A DNA stretch of 64,000 nucleotides from Octopus sinensis (GCF_006345805.1 NC_043000.1:51894001-51958000), one strand, 5' to 3'. Shown: positions 39,832 to 53,680, counted from the stretch's first letter. The notes: a model not told the origin generated them from the letters alone. Translations and numbers: made by a program.

Positions 39832-40447
39832 CTTTCTACTCTAGGCACAAGGCTTGGAAGTTTGGGGGAGTGGAATAATCGATTACATCAACCCCAGTAT
39901 TCAACTGGTACTTATTTCATCAACCTTGAAAGGATGAAAGGCAAAGTTGACCTCAGTGGAATTTGAACTTGGAATGTAAAGATGGACGAAATACCGCTAA
40001 GCATTTCGCCCGGCGTGCTAACGAATCTGCTAGCATGCTGTCTTTTATAGTAATAATGACGGGCTCAAATTTTGCCACAAGGGCAGCAATTTTGGGGAGG
40101 GGACTAGTCGATTACATCGACTCCAGAATTTTACTGGTACTTAATTCATCAACCCCGAAAGGATGAAAGGCAATGTCGACCTCGGAGGAATTTCAACACA
40201 GAATGTAGCGACGGGCGGCGAAATACCTATTTCTTTACTACCCACAAGGGGCTAAACACAGAGAGGACAAACAAGGACAGACAAAGGGATTAAGTCGATT
40301 ATATCGATCCCAGTGCGTAACTGGTACTTATTTAATCGACCCCAGGCAAAGTCGACCTCGGCGGAATTTGAACTCAGAACGTAACGGCAGAAGAAATACG
40401 GCTACGCATTTTGCCCGGCGTGCTAACGTTTCTGCCAGTTCGCCACC

Positions 40448-40450
<3 letters not shown>
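39832..40450 (-). mobile_element. Tandem stack of three family B SINEs (B1, B1, B2 tails)
   Basis: The core repeats three times. The last copy has the alternative tail cccacaaggggctaaacacagagaggacaaacaagg. Confidence 0.85.
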
Positions 40451-40493
<43 letters not shown>

Positions 40494-40534
40494 TAATAAT
40501 AAATGCCCTGGTGCAGTACCAGACAGTGGCTCAC

Positions 40535-41200
40535 ATGGCAATGCCCGGACACTGAACGAAGGCGTGCAAACCGGTTTCGTCACTCTGCGCGCACCTTGGA
40601 CAAGCCTATCTGACAGCACATTCGTGCCTGTAGAGTTTATCTCGAACCGGTAGCGCCCCGACCCTAGCACTGCAGACCAAGGACCCCGACCGGAAACTCC
40701 AGTTCTTTCTTGTCGGCACCCAGAGTCCCCCCTAAAATTTTGTCACACTTCTCCGCGTCTAATCTTCTATAAATTTCTAAAGCGGAACATCCACCGATCC
40801 CATTGCCCGACTGGTAGAGGACTATGAGCGCCTGAGGACATTCTAGGTGTCAGGCACCCAGTCTCAGTTTTTTCTTCACCCAGGACTGCAACTCCATCAA
40901 GGAGACTAGCTGCGAAAGACGAGCCTCAGAAACAGAGCTCACACACACCAACCGTCTAGAAATCGATGCAGGTGGTGAAACCTAAGAGCGTGCCTCCGCA
41001 TTTGGAACCACGGCATACCTAATCCGCCACTCAGACGATGCTGGCAATAAACTGACCACCTGACCATTGGGATGCGTCCCCTCCACAAGAATTTAAATAA
41101 GAGACGCTCCAAAATAGTCAAGCAGTAACCGAGACAATGTATGATGGAGGCACCAGGTCACAAATCTAGCGTTATTGGTGTAGCAATCCCGAAGGAGTAA
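40535..41200 (-). mobile_element. L1/Tx1-clade LINE fragment (RT C-terminus to CCHC knuckle)
   Basis: LERLLFKFLWRGRIPMVR..GGLGMP..ALR, followed further 3' by ALPVRDKLYRH..CPRCAQSDETGLHAFVQCP. Confidence 0.8.
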
Positions 41201-41748
41201 CAAACAAACCGAACCTCAGCAGAATTTGAACCGAAGAAATTAATGGAGCTTAGCTTAACTAAATATCGCAAGGAATTACGTCCATTGCCTCTCCGATTCT
41301 ACTAATCCATGATATTATTAATTGCGTCAATCAATATTAATTTCTAAAATTTTCCACCAGACCTCTGTAGGGGGAGCATTGTTGATTAAATTTTTCTCGT
41401 AGTTGATTGGTATTTCATCGATTTTGTGACGATACAGCAGGAATTATACATAGAATGGTAAAGGTACATAATGAAACACTAAAATATATTTTGAATGTTT
41501 CAGCTCTTCTACCGTCCTGTTGGTATCCTTTATGAATGTGTTTGTGTGTGTGTGTGTGTGTGTCTGATTTATGTACAGGCCAGCAAATTTTTTTACGGGA
41601 TGAAGGGTTAGTCGAAGCGCAACTGGTACTTTATTTTATCGACCCCGAAAGGCGAAGTTGGCCTCCGCGGCATTCGAACACAGTTCATCGACTTTTTGCA
41701 CATATCGACTTTTTGCACATATAATATAATATAATATAATATAATATG

Positions 41749-41785
<37 letters not shown>

Positions 41786-41816
41786 CATGATTCCTGGTGC
41801 CGTGTATTGAAATAGA

Positions 41817-43754
41817 TAATGTTATATTTCAGGATGGTCATTTTTTTTTGCCAAATAAACACGCACATTATATATTCGTTCTTCAATTCAGATTTATTAT
41901 TGTTCATATTTAAGAGTTTTCTTTACATAGAAATTTTTCCTCTTCAGCGACTCTCCATCACACGTGTCTCCTGCCCTCTTTGATCCATTCTCTCTACGGT
42001 ATGTATCCTTATCTGCGCGTGCGTTTGCGTCTGTGTGTGTACGTGCACGTGTGTGCGTGTGTGCTTTTGTGTGTATATGGATTTGGTTATTATATTGTTT
42101 GTACACGCGCCCTTTATTTAGTCTATTTTTCATTTATTTACTTATTTATCTATCTTCTTTATTTCCTCATCCCGTCTTAAGTATGTCTATGTGTGTCTTT
42201 TGTCTGTATATATATGGGCTTATGGGGAAGTATTGTATCTGTTCTATGCGTTAATACCTTAACATCTATGTTTTTAACCGAGCCTTTATGTTCTAATTGA
42301 GCATATTGGTAGAGCAGTGGTGAGCTTTTCTCCTCTTAGAACTCCCGCGTGTGTTCACCTTTTCCTACGTGCTGTCTTCCCATTATATATTGTTGTCTTG
42401 TTTCTGCACTGTCCTTCAGTACACCATATGCTATAGACAACATTTAAAATCTTACAGTCAACCTGTCGGCTCATCCTACATACTATACAATTGCTCTCTG
42501 TACATAAGGGCCTTTCAAACGGATATGTTTTACAGATCATGGATTTTAGGGGGATTTCTGGCCGTTTTATTACTGTAATCCGCAGATTTACCTTATCTAA
42601 TATTTTCCTAAAAAGATATGATAGTTCACCCCCACGGGGAGCATCAACGAACGTAACACTGGTATTTTTGGTTGTCATATCACGAGCTGGCCTTATCTAT
42701 CTTCTTGGTCCTTTCTAATTTATTCCAGGATTTGTTTCTGTATAGCAGGTAGATCCCATTTGCATCATTCTCTACGATGGCCTTGTGCTTAGCCCCGACT
42801 CCTTTGTGCACTCTAATTTTGTCTCTTTGGTTTTAGGCAGAGATCTGCATGCAGTGAATAAAGTGTTGTATGTATCTTTCCAACTCCACTGGGTCGCACA
42901 TGTAGGACACACTTCACATCACTGTTACCAAGTCCGCTATTAGGATATTAAACCTGGTATTGTCCACAATAGCTACGTTCTTGTGAATCAGAAGCTAAGG
43001 GCTTGGCATAGTGGGAATGAAGAATCTGGGCATTACTATTCTCAATTTTCAGCCACTTCCAGTGTACTGAGAGACGGTACACAAATAAGGCAACAACATA
43101 CATTGAGGAGACAACACATAGGATGGGGGAGCGGATTGGTGAACACTAGAAGGAACTCAAAGAGGAGAAATGCTTATCCGTGCTCTACCAACATGTTCGA
43201 TTAGAACATAGAGGCTCGGTTAATAACATAGATACGAAGGCATTATCAACGCATAAAACTGACACAACACTTATACAGATTACAGAGGCCATACACATAG
43301 TAGTAGAGAGTGAACTTAAACAGAAAACGTGAGTGGAACCATAACACCCCCCACCACACAATGCAACATGATGGCTAAAGGTACAATGAGAGAAAAAATG
43401 CCACAGACACAAACAGTATAGTAAGCAAACCCATATACACATACATAACACAGATATGCGCAAGTGCATATACGCACACACGAGAGCGTGCACATACAGA
43501 TACTGACACAAACGCATGCGCAGATAAAGATATACACTGTAAAGACAGAAAGGAGCAAAGATAACAGGAGACACGTCGGATGGAGAGTCGGTGAAGAGGT
43601 CAAAGTACGTGTGACGAAAAGATTCCAGACAAAGGACACTAGAATAAGAACAATAATAAATCTGAGGTGAAGAACGAATATATAGTGCACGTGTTTTTAA
43701 TTGATCAAATAAAATAAAATAAAAAAATAAAAATGGCCATGCCGAACGAAATAT

Positions 43755-43762
<8 letters not shown>
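41817..43762. mobile_element. Older inverted pair of Neptune-like PLE 3' fragments
   Basis: Minus ORF 42355-42678 reads ..PLCTESNCIVCRM..DCKILNVVYSIWCTEGQC..IYNGKTARR (Cys-rich linker plus GIY-YIG). 43055-43762 is a diverged reverse-complement homologue of 41817-42430. Both ends lie at or near (TA)n. Confidence 0.8.
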
Positions 43763-43802
<40 letters not shown>

Positions 43803-43959
43803 CCGGCAATGGCCGGGATAAAGAGAATAAATGAAATTTAAAAACGCCGTCTAGTTAACGCAGATCTCAGCTTTCTACATTAATAACTCTCCAATCCATG
43901 CCAGCATGGAACATAGAAGTTAAGTGTTAAAAGAAAGTTTGCAGTTTATATATGTAGTT

Positions 43960-44700
43960 TATATATACACGTAATTGAAAAACACGTTTTGTGTAGCTCA
44001 TTTCGTAGCCAAAAAAACAGATACAATGAAAGACCGATTTTGGTGATTCATTTGAAAGAAGTAGTAGAGAGCCAATCCGATGATAAATCTGGCCTTGGAT
44101 CTTGAAAGTTGGCATGAATCCTGGCTAAGTTAAATCTCTTGTGGCTCCAAATGATGTCATCTGTAGTGCAGCGTTGTATTGCCTAATTTTGTTTTGGAAG
44201 AGCTTGGAATCTTGGTCAATTGATGACAACAGTTTCTTCAATGGCTCTGGAGGTTGGGCAATTGCAAGGAGTTTAACCTTTCCACCACTGCAGCACAGTG
44301 CAGGTGTCTCTCCAGACTACTTCTTTGCTTTACAAAGTATCCACTCAGTTGTCATTGCACCAATGGAAACTCTAGTGTCATCTGCATAATGAACTGCTGG
44401 ATCATAATTGAAAGCTGCTTTATAGAAAGTGCTTCTCTGAGCTGTTGCAACTGCTCTTCGTTCTGCAGTGGAGATCCTATTCCTTGACAGCCGTGCATAC
44501 CTCTGTTCATCACTTTGAGATACTCTGGTTTTTGTAGTGCACAGTCCGTTCGTTTCTTGGTATGCATCTCTTTTTGCAGATGTCTTTCTCTCCCTGGACA
44601 TAGACATTCTTTTGGCTGACCTTAACATTGTAGACAAATTGGACACTTTCCTTCTAGGCATAGTTATATACGCATACAGAAACACACGGATGCGATAGTA
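43960..44700 (-). mobile_element. Helitron RepHel 5' fragment (pseudogene)
   Basis: AFNYDP..VSIGAMTT..CKAKK..GETPALCCSGGKVKL..PPEPLKKLL..IRQYNAALQMTSFG and MPTFKIQGQIYHRIGSLL are typical Helitron N-terminal motifs. Confidence 0.85.
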
Positions 44701-44780
44701 AACAATGAAAATAACTAAATAACGGAAATTATATTTCTTAAAACTACTGATTCTGCCAAACTGCTGATGTCCATAATATT

Positions 44781-45153
44781 TCTTTCTACTATAAGCAAAA
44801 AAGCCCGAAACTTTGGGGCAGGTGGCAGGGGAGTCTAGTTGACTACATCGACCTCGGTGTACTTATTTCTTCGACCCTGTAAGGATGAAAGGTAAAGACG
44901 GACAAAATGCCGCGAAACGGCGTGCTAACGATTCTTATTTCTTTATTGCCCACAAGGGGATAAACATAGAGGAGACAAACGGATTAAGTCGAGTACATCG
45001 ACCCCAGTGCGTAACTGGTACTTAATTTATCGACCCCGAAAGGATGAAAGGCAAAGTCGACCTCGGCGGAATTTGAACTCAGAACGTAACGGCAGACGAA
45101 ATACGGCTACGCATTTCGCCCGGCGTGCTAACGATTCTGCCAGCTCGTTGCCT
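44781..45153 (-). mobile_element. Family B2 SINE inserted at the head of a B1 SINE
   Basis: B1 (44781-44934) breaks at gctaacgattct and is directly followed by a B2 copy (44935-45153). Confidence 0.8.
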
Positions 45154-48100
45154 CTGTTATATTAATACATTTAATTTCTAACTTTACCACTAAACCAGAA
45201 ATTTTAGGTGTTTAACTCGATTTTAGTATCTTACTGATAGAAGATAAGCCTACTAAAAAGAACAAGAAAATTTTCTGCAAATCATACCCCAGGGGTTTTA
45301 TAAAAAGGAATGCTTTAAACACACTAAACAAACGGATTGATCCCAGGTGGAACGACTTTGGTCATAAATCTGCTCGATACGAGACGACATAGGTATAAAA
45401 ATTTATAGGTGCTCATTTTACCGAGTCCGAAAGAATAAAAGGCTAAGTCGACTTAAGCGAGATTTGAACTCAGAAAGTAAAGGTACATATCGAAAAGAAT
45501 TTACTTTAGTCATTAGAAAAGAAACAAAATAGAACATTGAATAGAATTTAATGGGATACAACTTTAGAAACATTTAACAGATTGTACACTTTCTCAGTGG
45601 GCAGCTTGTCAATATCGCCATGTGAGGCAACTAGTTTTAAAGAAATTAGATGATAAACTAGTTCCTTAATTAATTTGTAAATTGGTGAGATAGGGAAGGA
45701 AATAGAATAACATTCTCTTTATTTCTGTAGTTTTGTTACTGCTAAATTATAAACAAGAGACTGTTTAAAGTTAGATGAGAAATTGATCTGTTCTCTATAT
45801 TGGCTTTTTATCGCTGAATGCGCAAGAAAGCAACTGACAAGATACATTCTTAGAATGAAGACATAGAGCAATAATGATTTCTAAATTAGGCGTTATGCCA
45901 AACATTTGTGAAGATAATGGAATCTACTGAATCGGCCCCAGCACCTGATTGGTACGTAATTATTTATCGACGCAAGAGAAAAATGAAATTCAAAGTCAGC
46001 TTTGGCCAAATTTGAACGCAGAACATAAAGTAATGTCGTGAATGGTTAGAATTCAAGAGAATTAGTGATGTTTAGTATCGCCAAAAAGTGATATAGCTAA
46101 AATAGAATACATTTTAAGCTGAAATACTGTAAGGTACGTAATTTCAACATCCAACCTTCTTTGTCATTCCACTACCCTAATAGTAATAATAATTATGTTT
46201 TTAACACAGACGTAAGACCAATTGCACATTTAGAAGAAAGAGTACAATTGATTTTATCGATCCAACTTCTTGACTAGTATTATTTTATTTGTCAACCCCA
46301 CTTCTTGACAAGTATTATTTTATCGATCTTGGAGGAATGAAGTTATAGTCGGCTTCGGTGAGGTTTGAACACAGGATTAAAAGGTACGTAATTAAATGCT
46401 GCAATGTACTACACCATTCTGATTTCTCTGCCAAAAAAATAAAAAATTGATTTCTTACATTATCTATGTTTGTTCCCCTCCATCAATTAGAGCAACAATA
46501 ACTGACAAGCTGATGAACAAGAAGTCGATATAGTTGTCTTCAAATAATGATTAATGGCTCTTGTTTGTATCATAAGGCAGTGGAGTGGCGCCAGAATAAA
46601 TTCCAAACACTCTCTCTACTGTCTGAATTCGAATCCTAACAGGATCACGTTCATCTTTTCTTTCTCTTGGGTTGATAAAAATAAATACCGGTCACTTAGC
46701 CTTGGACCAATATGAGACACACTTCAAAAGTGTCTAAAGATTGGAGCAAATATTATTGCTTAAATTCAACATAAGTCGGCAGATTAACAGAGAAAGTAAA
46801 ATAAGAGTGTAATTTTCATGTTTTTCTCAATTGCAATGACGACGTAAATAAGCATCACAATCTTCGCAGGGACGTTAACCGCTATTCTACTCGGGTTACA
46901 ATGTTGATTTCCAATTTGGATTCAAAGTTATAAATGTTTAGGAAAATTCGGATGCTACTGAGTGACGATTATGCCTTTATCAAGCTGTTAGTAGCGTATC
47001 AGAAATATATTGGCACCAGTTTAAAATCGAATCTAGCTTATAGATTCAGTTCACCAGAAGAGAGTGTTTGCTTTGCGTTTATTCACCATATTTATTGACG
47101 AGCTAATAAGAGAACCTCGATGTAGTCGCTTTACAAGCTAGAAATATCAATTATACGTTCTCAAATTATACTTTGTCAACATAAGGAAGGGAGATATTGC
47201 ATAATATAGCCCTTCAGACACCTAAAAAGGCCGATTGGTCAAAGCTTGGACGCCTTTAACCGTAAAGTCTGCTCAAATAGACTTTACTTTGAACTAAATA
47301 ACAACGAACCAACAAGGGTACCACTATACACTCGTTCTGTCTGCCAGAAACAGCAGGTAAATAGCCAAATCATATTATCTTAAAGTGCCTTAATAGTAAA
47401 ACGGTCACACTGGATAATGTAATCCTACACAGACTATGGAAGAAAAACATGACAATGGTCATCGCTTGAAGACATCAGGTGGTAGACTTAATGAAGGATG
47501 ACTTGAATGAAACTGAAGAAAACGGCAATTAATGAGGTTTCCGTTTTAAAATTAAATTTAGTATATATTTCTGAAAATGCTTTCTCAGTAATTTTTTAGG
47601 CAATTCATCTTAATACTGTCTATTATATACGACTTTTTCAAATTTCGCAATTATCTGGCTTATTTGCATTGCACATTTTTAGACGGATAATTAGTATTCA
47701 GCTATGTGTTAAGTTTTCTCATTTGCTCTTACATCTGTTGAAGTAACATTTTTTTCACAGCATAGATACGAATCCATATATTTTCGGACGTATAGATACG
47801 AATTTATCTCTTAATATAAGAGGTATATTCTGTACAAAATATATGTAATTATCAAACTGGAATTAGAAATAAAGTAAGTCGTTAGCTTGTGTTAATGAAT
47901 TTAATGCTTATTGTATAGAATTTTTCGGTAAAGAACGAGCTCTGCTAAGCTGACTTGTCTTAATTCTACATAATGAAGTTTAAGTTCTGACTTCGAAGTC
48001 CATCGGCGTCAATTTCATATTTCATGATAGCAGAGAAGTCTTCAGTTGGCATTGTTAAAATGACTCTCAACCGTTCGTATAAAGAAACAGCGGTCATTTG

Positions 48101-50917
48101 GAAATAACAATAGTTTGGTAGCATGCATCATGAACTCTCTAATTGTTTTAACTACCAGTGTAGTCGGCAACAGACACAGACTCTCTTTTGACAACTTCCA
48201 GCCCTTGCCCAACGGAACATCAAGTTGTGGCATCTGGAGAGAAAGGGGGATGTATTAATACTGGATTTATCTACCCCGGAAGCGTGAATGTTAAAGTCAA
48301 CCACGGCAGGATTTGAACATAGGACGTAAAGAGCTGGAACAAATATCGCAACGCATTTTAATCGACACTCTAAAATGACTGCCAATAAAACCTGTTTCCA
48401 ACCAAACATGAAGGTCAATTCGAATCATCTACCCCCACTAACAAATGTGTGAGCTTTTGATAATGTTAGATATAACAAATAAGTTGATGAAACCAGAAAA
48501 GTGGTAGATACAATGACCAGTGTCTTGCAGTAATTTAGTTTAATCGCTTTACCACCTGAGTTTAAATACCAGCAAAGTTGACTATGCAATCATCCTTGTG
48601 TAAAATAATTACCAGCTAAAATTGTGGTGTAGATTCAATCAATTATATTTCCCTTCTAAACCCATTTATAGTCTTGTGCCAACGTAAGAAATCAATAATT
48701 TAGCAAAATCCATTTGACACACATTTGACAAACAACTTTGAAAAATTATTTCAAGTCAGCTCATATCTTCGATTTCAGAGAGAGGTCATAAACCTTGCAG
48801 TTATATGTTTGAATTGTTTGTTGTTTTTTTCCTTCTATTTTCTAAAAGTCAAATACGTCATCTAAAGAAATCTTTCTTCATTCTCTTTTCTTTCGATATT
48901 TCCTATCTTGCAAATTTTTCTTCTCCTTCTCCCCTCTCTCTCTCGCTTCACTTTATTCAGCAAATTTCCCTGAAATAAATTTTTCCAATACATCCTTTTG
49001 TATATGCATCTCGAATTTCCTTCGAAATCTTTAGTGATGTATAAACTTACACTTTCACTCCACAAAGCTATGAACTGTTTCCTTCTTTTCAAAGAAATCT
49101 TGATAATTTAAGATATTTCAAAAGTCATTCTAAGGTTAACCGGGTTTAGATTATTCACTAAACTTGCAATATATTTTCAATGAGTCAGTTACTTTCTTGC
49201 AGGTTAGATATGCCTGTATGTATGAGCATCGTAGTGCTGACATATTTTCTCAAGAGTAAACATTTCTGGTTTCAGATCAGAGTGTTAAAAAATCAAGTAA
49301 TCTGAGAAACAATGAGTAAATATTTCGCTTTTCTATCACAGAATTCAATAAATATAGTATTCATACATCTTGCCAGTTTCACTAACCATTCATGGATCAT
49401 ACATACGGAAACAAAATTAATGTTTGCAAAAGTAAAAACTAATTTGATACGGTAAACATACAATTGCCATTACATTTTTAAGTGGTTACGAAATTCGATC
49501 GCTGTTACATGGCGTCAGATACTATCCATCCATCCATCTATCTATCAATTTACCTACCTACCTACCTACCTATCAATTTATCAATCAATCAATATATATA
49601 CATATATATATAAACATACTATTAAAAGTCAGATTGAATCTTACTTGCTTGCAATGTTACTCAGCCAAACTGGCGCATAATGGGAAAATGTTCTGAAAAT
49701 AATCTTCATCCTGAAAGGGAAGAAACTCTTATCTTACTATTAGACACAGTGAACTGACAACGAAAAAATACGATTTTGTTTTACAGTAAACGTTTCTATT
49801 TTTACTTTCGTTAAACACAATATTTTTGCCATTTAGAAATATTTTTAAGTGAAAGTGATTTCAAAAATGTAAGTTGTTTGTACAGTAAGAATTTATATTT
49901 TAGCTTTCTTTAAACAGACAATATTTTAACGTGTTTTTAAAAATTATTTTCAAGTGAATATCACTGCAAAATTATTTTGGAATATTTCAAAAATATTCTA
50001 AAGTGAAAGCAACTTTAGAAATACGGTAAATATATCGTAAAAGACCCGTTCGTAATCTCGGTGTGAAATAGTTTTTTTCATAGTTTTTTTTAAGTGTATT
50101 CAATGTATCTCACCTCCAAAGATTTGGCTGCTATTTCTAGCACGTCACTGATCTTGTCCGGGAATATATCATATCCTAGATCGAATCCTGGATTCCTACG
50201 ATGGGGGGAGATGGGGGTCTATATAGGGACGATGTCCTTTTCGTACTAGATCGATGTTGTAAAGTAGAAAGGGAGAGACACAGAAAACGACCTAGTAAAT
50301 TCTTCAAACATTTTAGATTACCTGTTACTTTCGAAAGTAATTACTATTAGGTAAAGTTTCTAGATGTAACATTTAATTTAGATACAGGATTATTTGAGCC
50401 ATTCTACAAGCCCCCAAAAAGAACCTGAGGTATTTTAATGTATAGTCAAACCACTCACCCTCTATAATAAAAGGACTATCTAATCGAATATCTAGACTAC
50501 CAGCAAATGAACACATACAACGGGTATTTTTACCAGGCACACAGTGAAGGTATCATGTCCAAATTCCAGTAGTCTTGAGTACTATATACATAAAAGTAAT
50601 AAGAAATTAAACCAGAAAAAAAAACACGGTTAATGAGGACTTACTCAGGAATAATTTATCTAATAAGGACTCTATTAATTTCATTGTAATTATTGAAACA
50701 TGCTTGACTAGTTTCTTCCCAATTATTAGAGCGAGCAATTACATGGAAAATACTGCTGACAGTGAATATATTAATATGAATGTTGATAGTGCTCATAAGA
50801 GCAGCGATGAACTTAATGAAAGCCAATTAGAGCAAAGTAATAATAAAGGAGAAAACGATATAGGAAATACTCAGAATATAAAAAAAAAGAACCACAGAGC
50901 AATAAATAGAGAACTAA

Positions 50918-52188
50918 AGCAGATGGGATGAAAAGTTCATAGACAGACTAAGGAGATATTATACAGAAATTAATCTTGGCATGCATTAATTTCAACCTTT
51001 ATTGATGCTATCTGCATTTTTTCTTTACAGATAAACCCACATTGGATACAGAATTGAGGACTTGGAAAAGTGGTACGAGAGACATTTCGTGAAAATGGAT
51101 AAAATTTGGCATCGTGAAGTTATCAAATATCTGCAGAAAAAGGGGTTAGCCCCCAAGGACATTCATGTTGACATGATTGCTACATTATGGGATGATGATC
51201 CAGTTTTATCAACTGTGCAAAAATGGGCAGCGGAATTCAAGAGGAGAAGGGGGAGTCTTGAATATGATCGATCCAAGGTCCGGACGTCCTGCCACAGCCA
51301 CCACCCAAGAAAACATCGACCGTGTTCACCACATGGTGATGGATGACAGACGTTTAAATGTTAATCAAATAGCTAATGCTGTAGGCGTCTATCATGAACG
51401 AGTTGAGAGCATCCTGCGTAGCGAATTTGGCATGTCGAATGTTTGCGCTCGGTGGATGCCACGACTTTCGACCCTGATCAAAAGCACACCAGACTGGTCA
51501 TATCGCAGGCGAACTTGGTACTTTTTGAAGCAAATCCAGCCGGTTTTCTTGAAAGTTGGGTCCTATACTTTGAGCCAGAGACCAATCGGCAGTCAATGCT
51601 GTGGAATCACCCGTCTTCTTCCCCATCCCAAAGAAGGCTGGTGTGGTGTTATCGGCAGGGAAGCTGATGGCCTCCGTCTTTCGTGATGCAAAGGGCATTG
51701 TGTTCATTGACTACCTTCAGAAAGGCCATATTATCAATGGAGAATACTATGCCAACTTGCTGCGGCAGCTGCAAAAGGCAATCAAGTAAAACGGCCCGTA
51801 AAACTGACGAAGGGGGTCTTGTTCACCAGGGCAATGCTTCTGCACATAAGTCTGTGGTCGCAATGGGTGATGTGCGCAACTGTGGCTTTGAACTGGTTGA
51901 GCACCGTCCATCTTCTCCTGGTTTGACACCATCTGACCATTTTCTGTTCCTTAACATGAAAAAAACACTTGGCTGGGAAGCAGTATCGGGCTGATGCTAA
52001 TGTCATATCTGCTGTTCAGGACTTTTTGAGGGTCAGGATGAGAACTTCTATACCATGGGAATCCAAGCGCTACAACACTGGAAGAAGTGTACAGATCGCA
52101 GGGCAAACTATATAGAAAAATAAAACACGTTTGGTCAAGTTCCACCATTGCATCATGGTCATCCTATGAACTTTTCAGCCCACCCTCA
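50918..52188 (+). mobile_element. Dead mariner (DD34D-type) transposon
   Basis: ATG at 51095, stop at 52121-3. Motifs include R.VIKYLQKKGL, TVQKWAAEFK, PRSGRP, CARWMPRL, KLMASVF.DAKGIVFIDYL and HRPSSPGLTPSDHFLF. There are frameshifts and a stop at 51787. TIR gggctgaaaagttcatag on the right plus TA; degenerate left TIR at ~50925. Confidence 0.9.
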
Positions 52189-52322
52189 TATACTATCTTT
52201 TTCTAAATAATTAGAATAACCCGAATAAAAATCTGCTAATTTCTGTAACGCATCCTCGGCCTACACATAATTTATTGGTCGATATATATCTATGTATATT
52301 ATGTGTGTGTGTGTGCGTGCGT

Positions 52323-52635
52323 AGGCGCAGGTGTGGCTTTGATGTAAAAAGCTTGCTTCTCAACCACATGGTTCTGGGTTCAGTCCTATTGCGTGGCACC
52401 TTGGGCAAGCGTCTTCTACTATAGCCCCGGACAGCCCAATCTTGTGAGTGGATTTGGTGGACGAATGTGTGTGAATGTATGTGTTTGTCCCTTGTCATCG
52501 CTTGACAACAGGTAACTAAGCGATTCGGCAAAAGTAGATGACAGAATAGTCGTGGGGGGCGATTTGTTTGATTAAACTCTTCAAGGTGATGCCCCAGCAT
52601 GGCCGCAGTACAATTACTGAAACAAGTAAAAGATA
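52323..52635 (+). mobile_element. SINE family A with internal deletions
   Basis: Head, body and tail homologous to 20134-20540. Confidence 0.85.
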
Positions 52636-53257
52636 AAACGTACATCATTTTATATTTTTTCTTTATTTTACTTGCAGTTTTTTATATTTCATTTCATTAC
52701 ATTTCATTTCATTTCATTTCATGTTATCCCTATGACTTATATTGTTCACCCGTTATTGTGCCATTCACCTCAATTCATATTATTCCAACGTTCTGCTTTT
52801 ATATGAGATGCCCTAAAAATCACTATATTATATATTTGATTTGACGAATTATTTTCTACTTGTGTTGTTATTTTTCTAATCTTCCTTCTCTGTTTTATTA
52901 TTATTATTATTATTGGTTATAACATGATCAATGTATATAAAACGAAAATATTTCGATAGAGTTATATTTTAGTTTGTCAACTGAAGATATTGTTAGTGAT
53001 TTATTTATTTATTAATTATTGGTTACTGATAAGTTCGTAATGAAGTATCTGAAATATCAACTATTTGTTTTCTGCTTGCTCTTTTAATCTATATGTGACT
53101 CTACTTACTATGCAAATAGTTGTGATCTAATTTTCTGCTCCATTGATAGCATTAAACCGCCGTGGAAATGTAACCTTATAGAAATTCGGTCCCCAGCATT
53201 TCAACTTTCTACGGCAGTTTGTCGTGGACTCGGCATCCATCCATCTACCCAAAAATC

Positions 53258-53305
<48 letters not shown>

Positions 53306-53364
53306 AGTGTATATATTAACACACATTCGTGTGCACACGTCGGTAGGTAGACAGATATAGACGA

Positions 53365-53680
53365 GTTTCACCCGTCGCTACGTTCTGAGTTCAAATTCCG
53401 CCAAGGTCGACTTTGCCTTTCATCCTTTCGGGGTCGGTAAAATAAGTACTAGTGACATACTGGGGTCGCTGTAGTCGACTGGGCCCCAACATTTCAGGCC
53501 TTTTGCCTAGAGTAGAAAGGGTTATTCACTTATGCCGAGGTCGACTTTGCCTTTCATCCTTTCGGGGTCGATAAATTAAGTACCAGTTGCCCACTGGAGT
53601 CGATGTAATCGACTTAATCCCTTCGTCTGTCCTTGTTTGTCCCCTCTATGTTTAGCCCCTTGTACGCAATAAAGAAATAA
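53365..53680 (+). mobile_element. B1 SINE followed directly by a 5'-truncated B2 SINE
   Basis: Two cores in tandem; the second ends ..ccctctatgtttagccccttgt..aataaagaaataa. Confidence 0.85.

Noticed and set aside
47930-48170. hAT dimerisation-like string ILTMPTEDFSAIMKY
   Set aside because: It is too degenerate and has no supporting upstream motifs.
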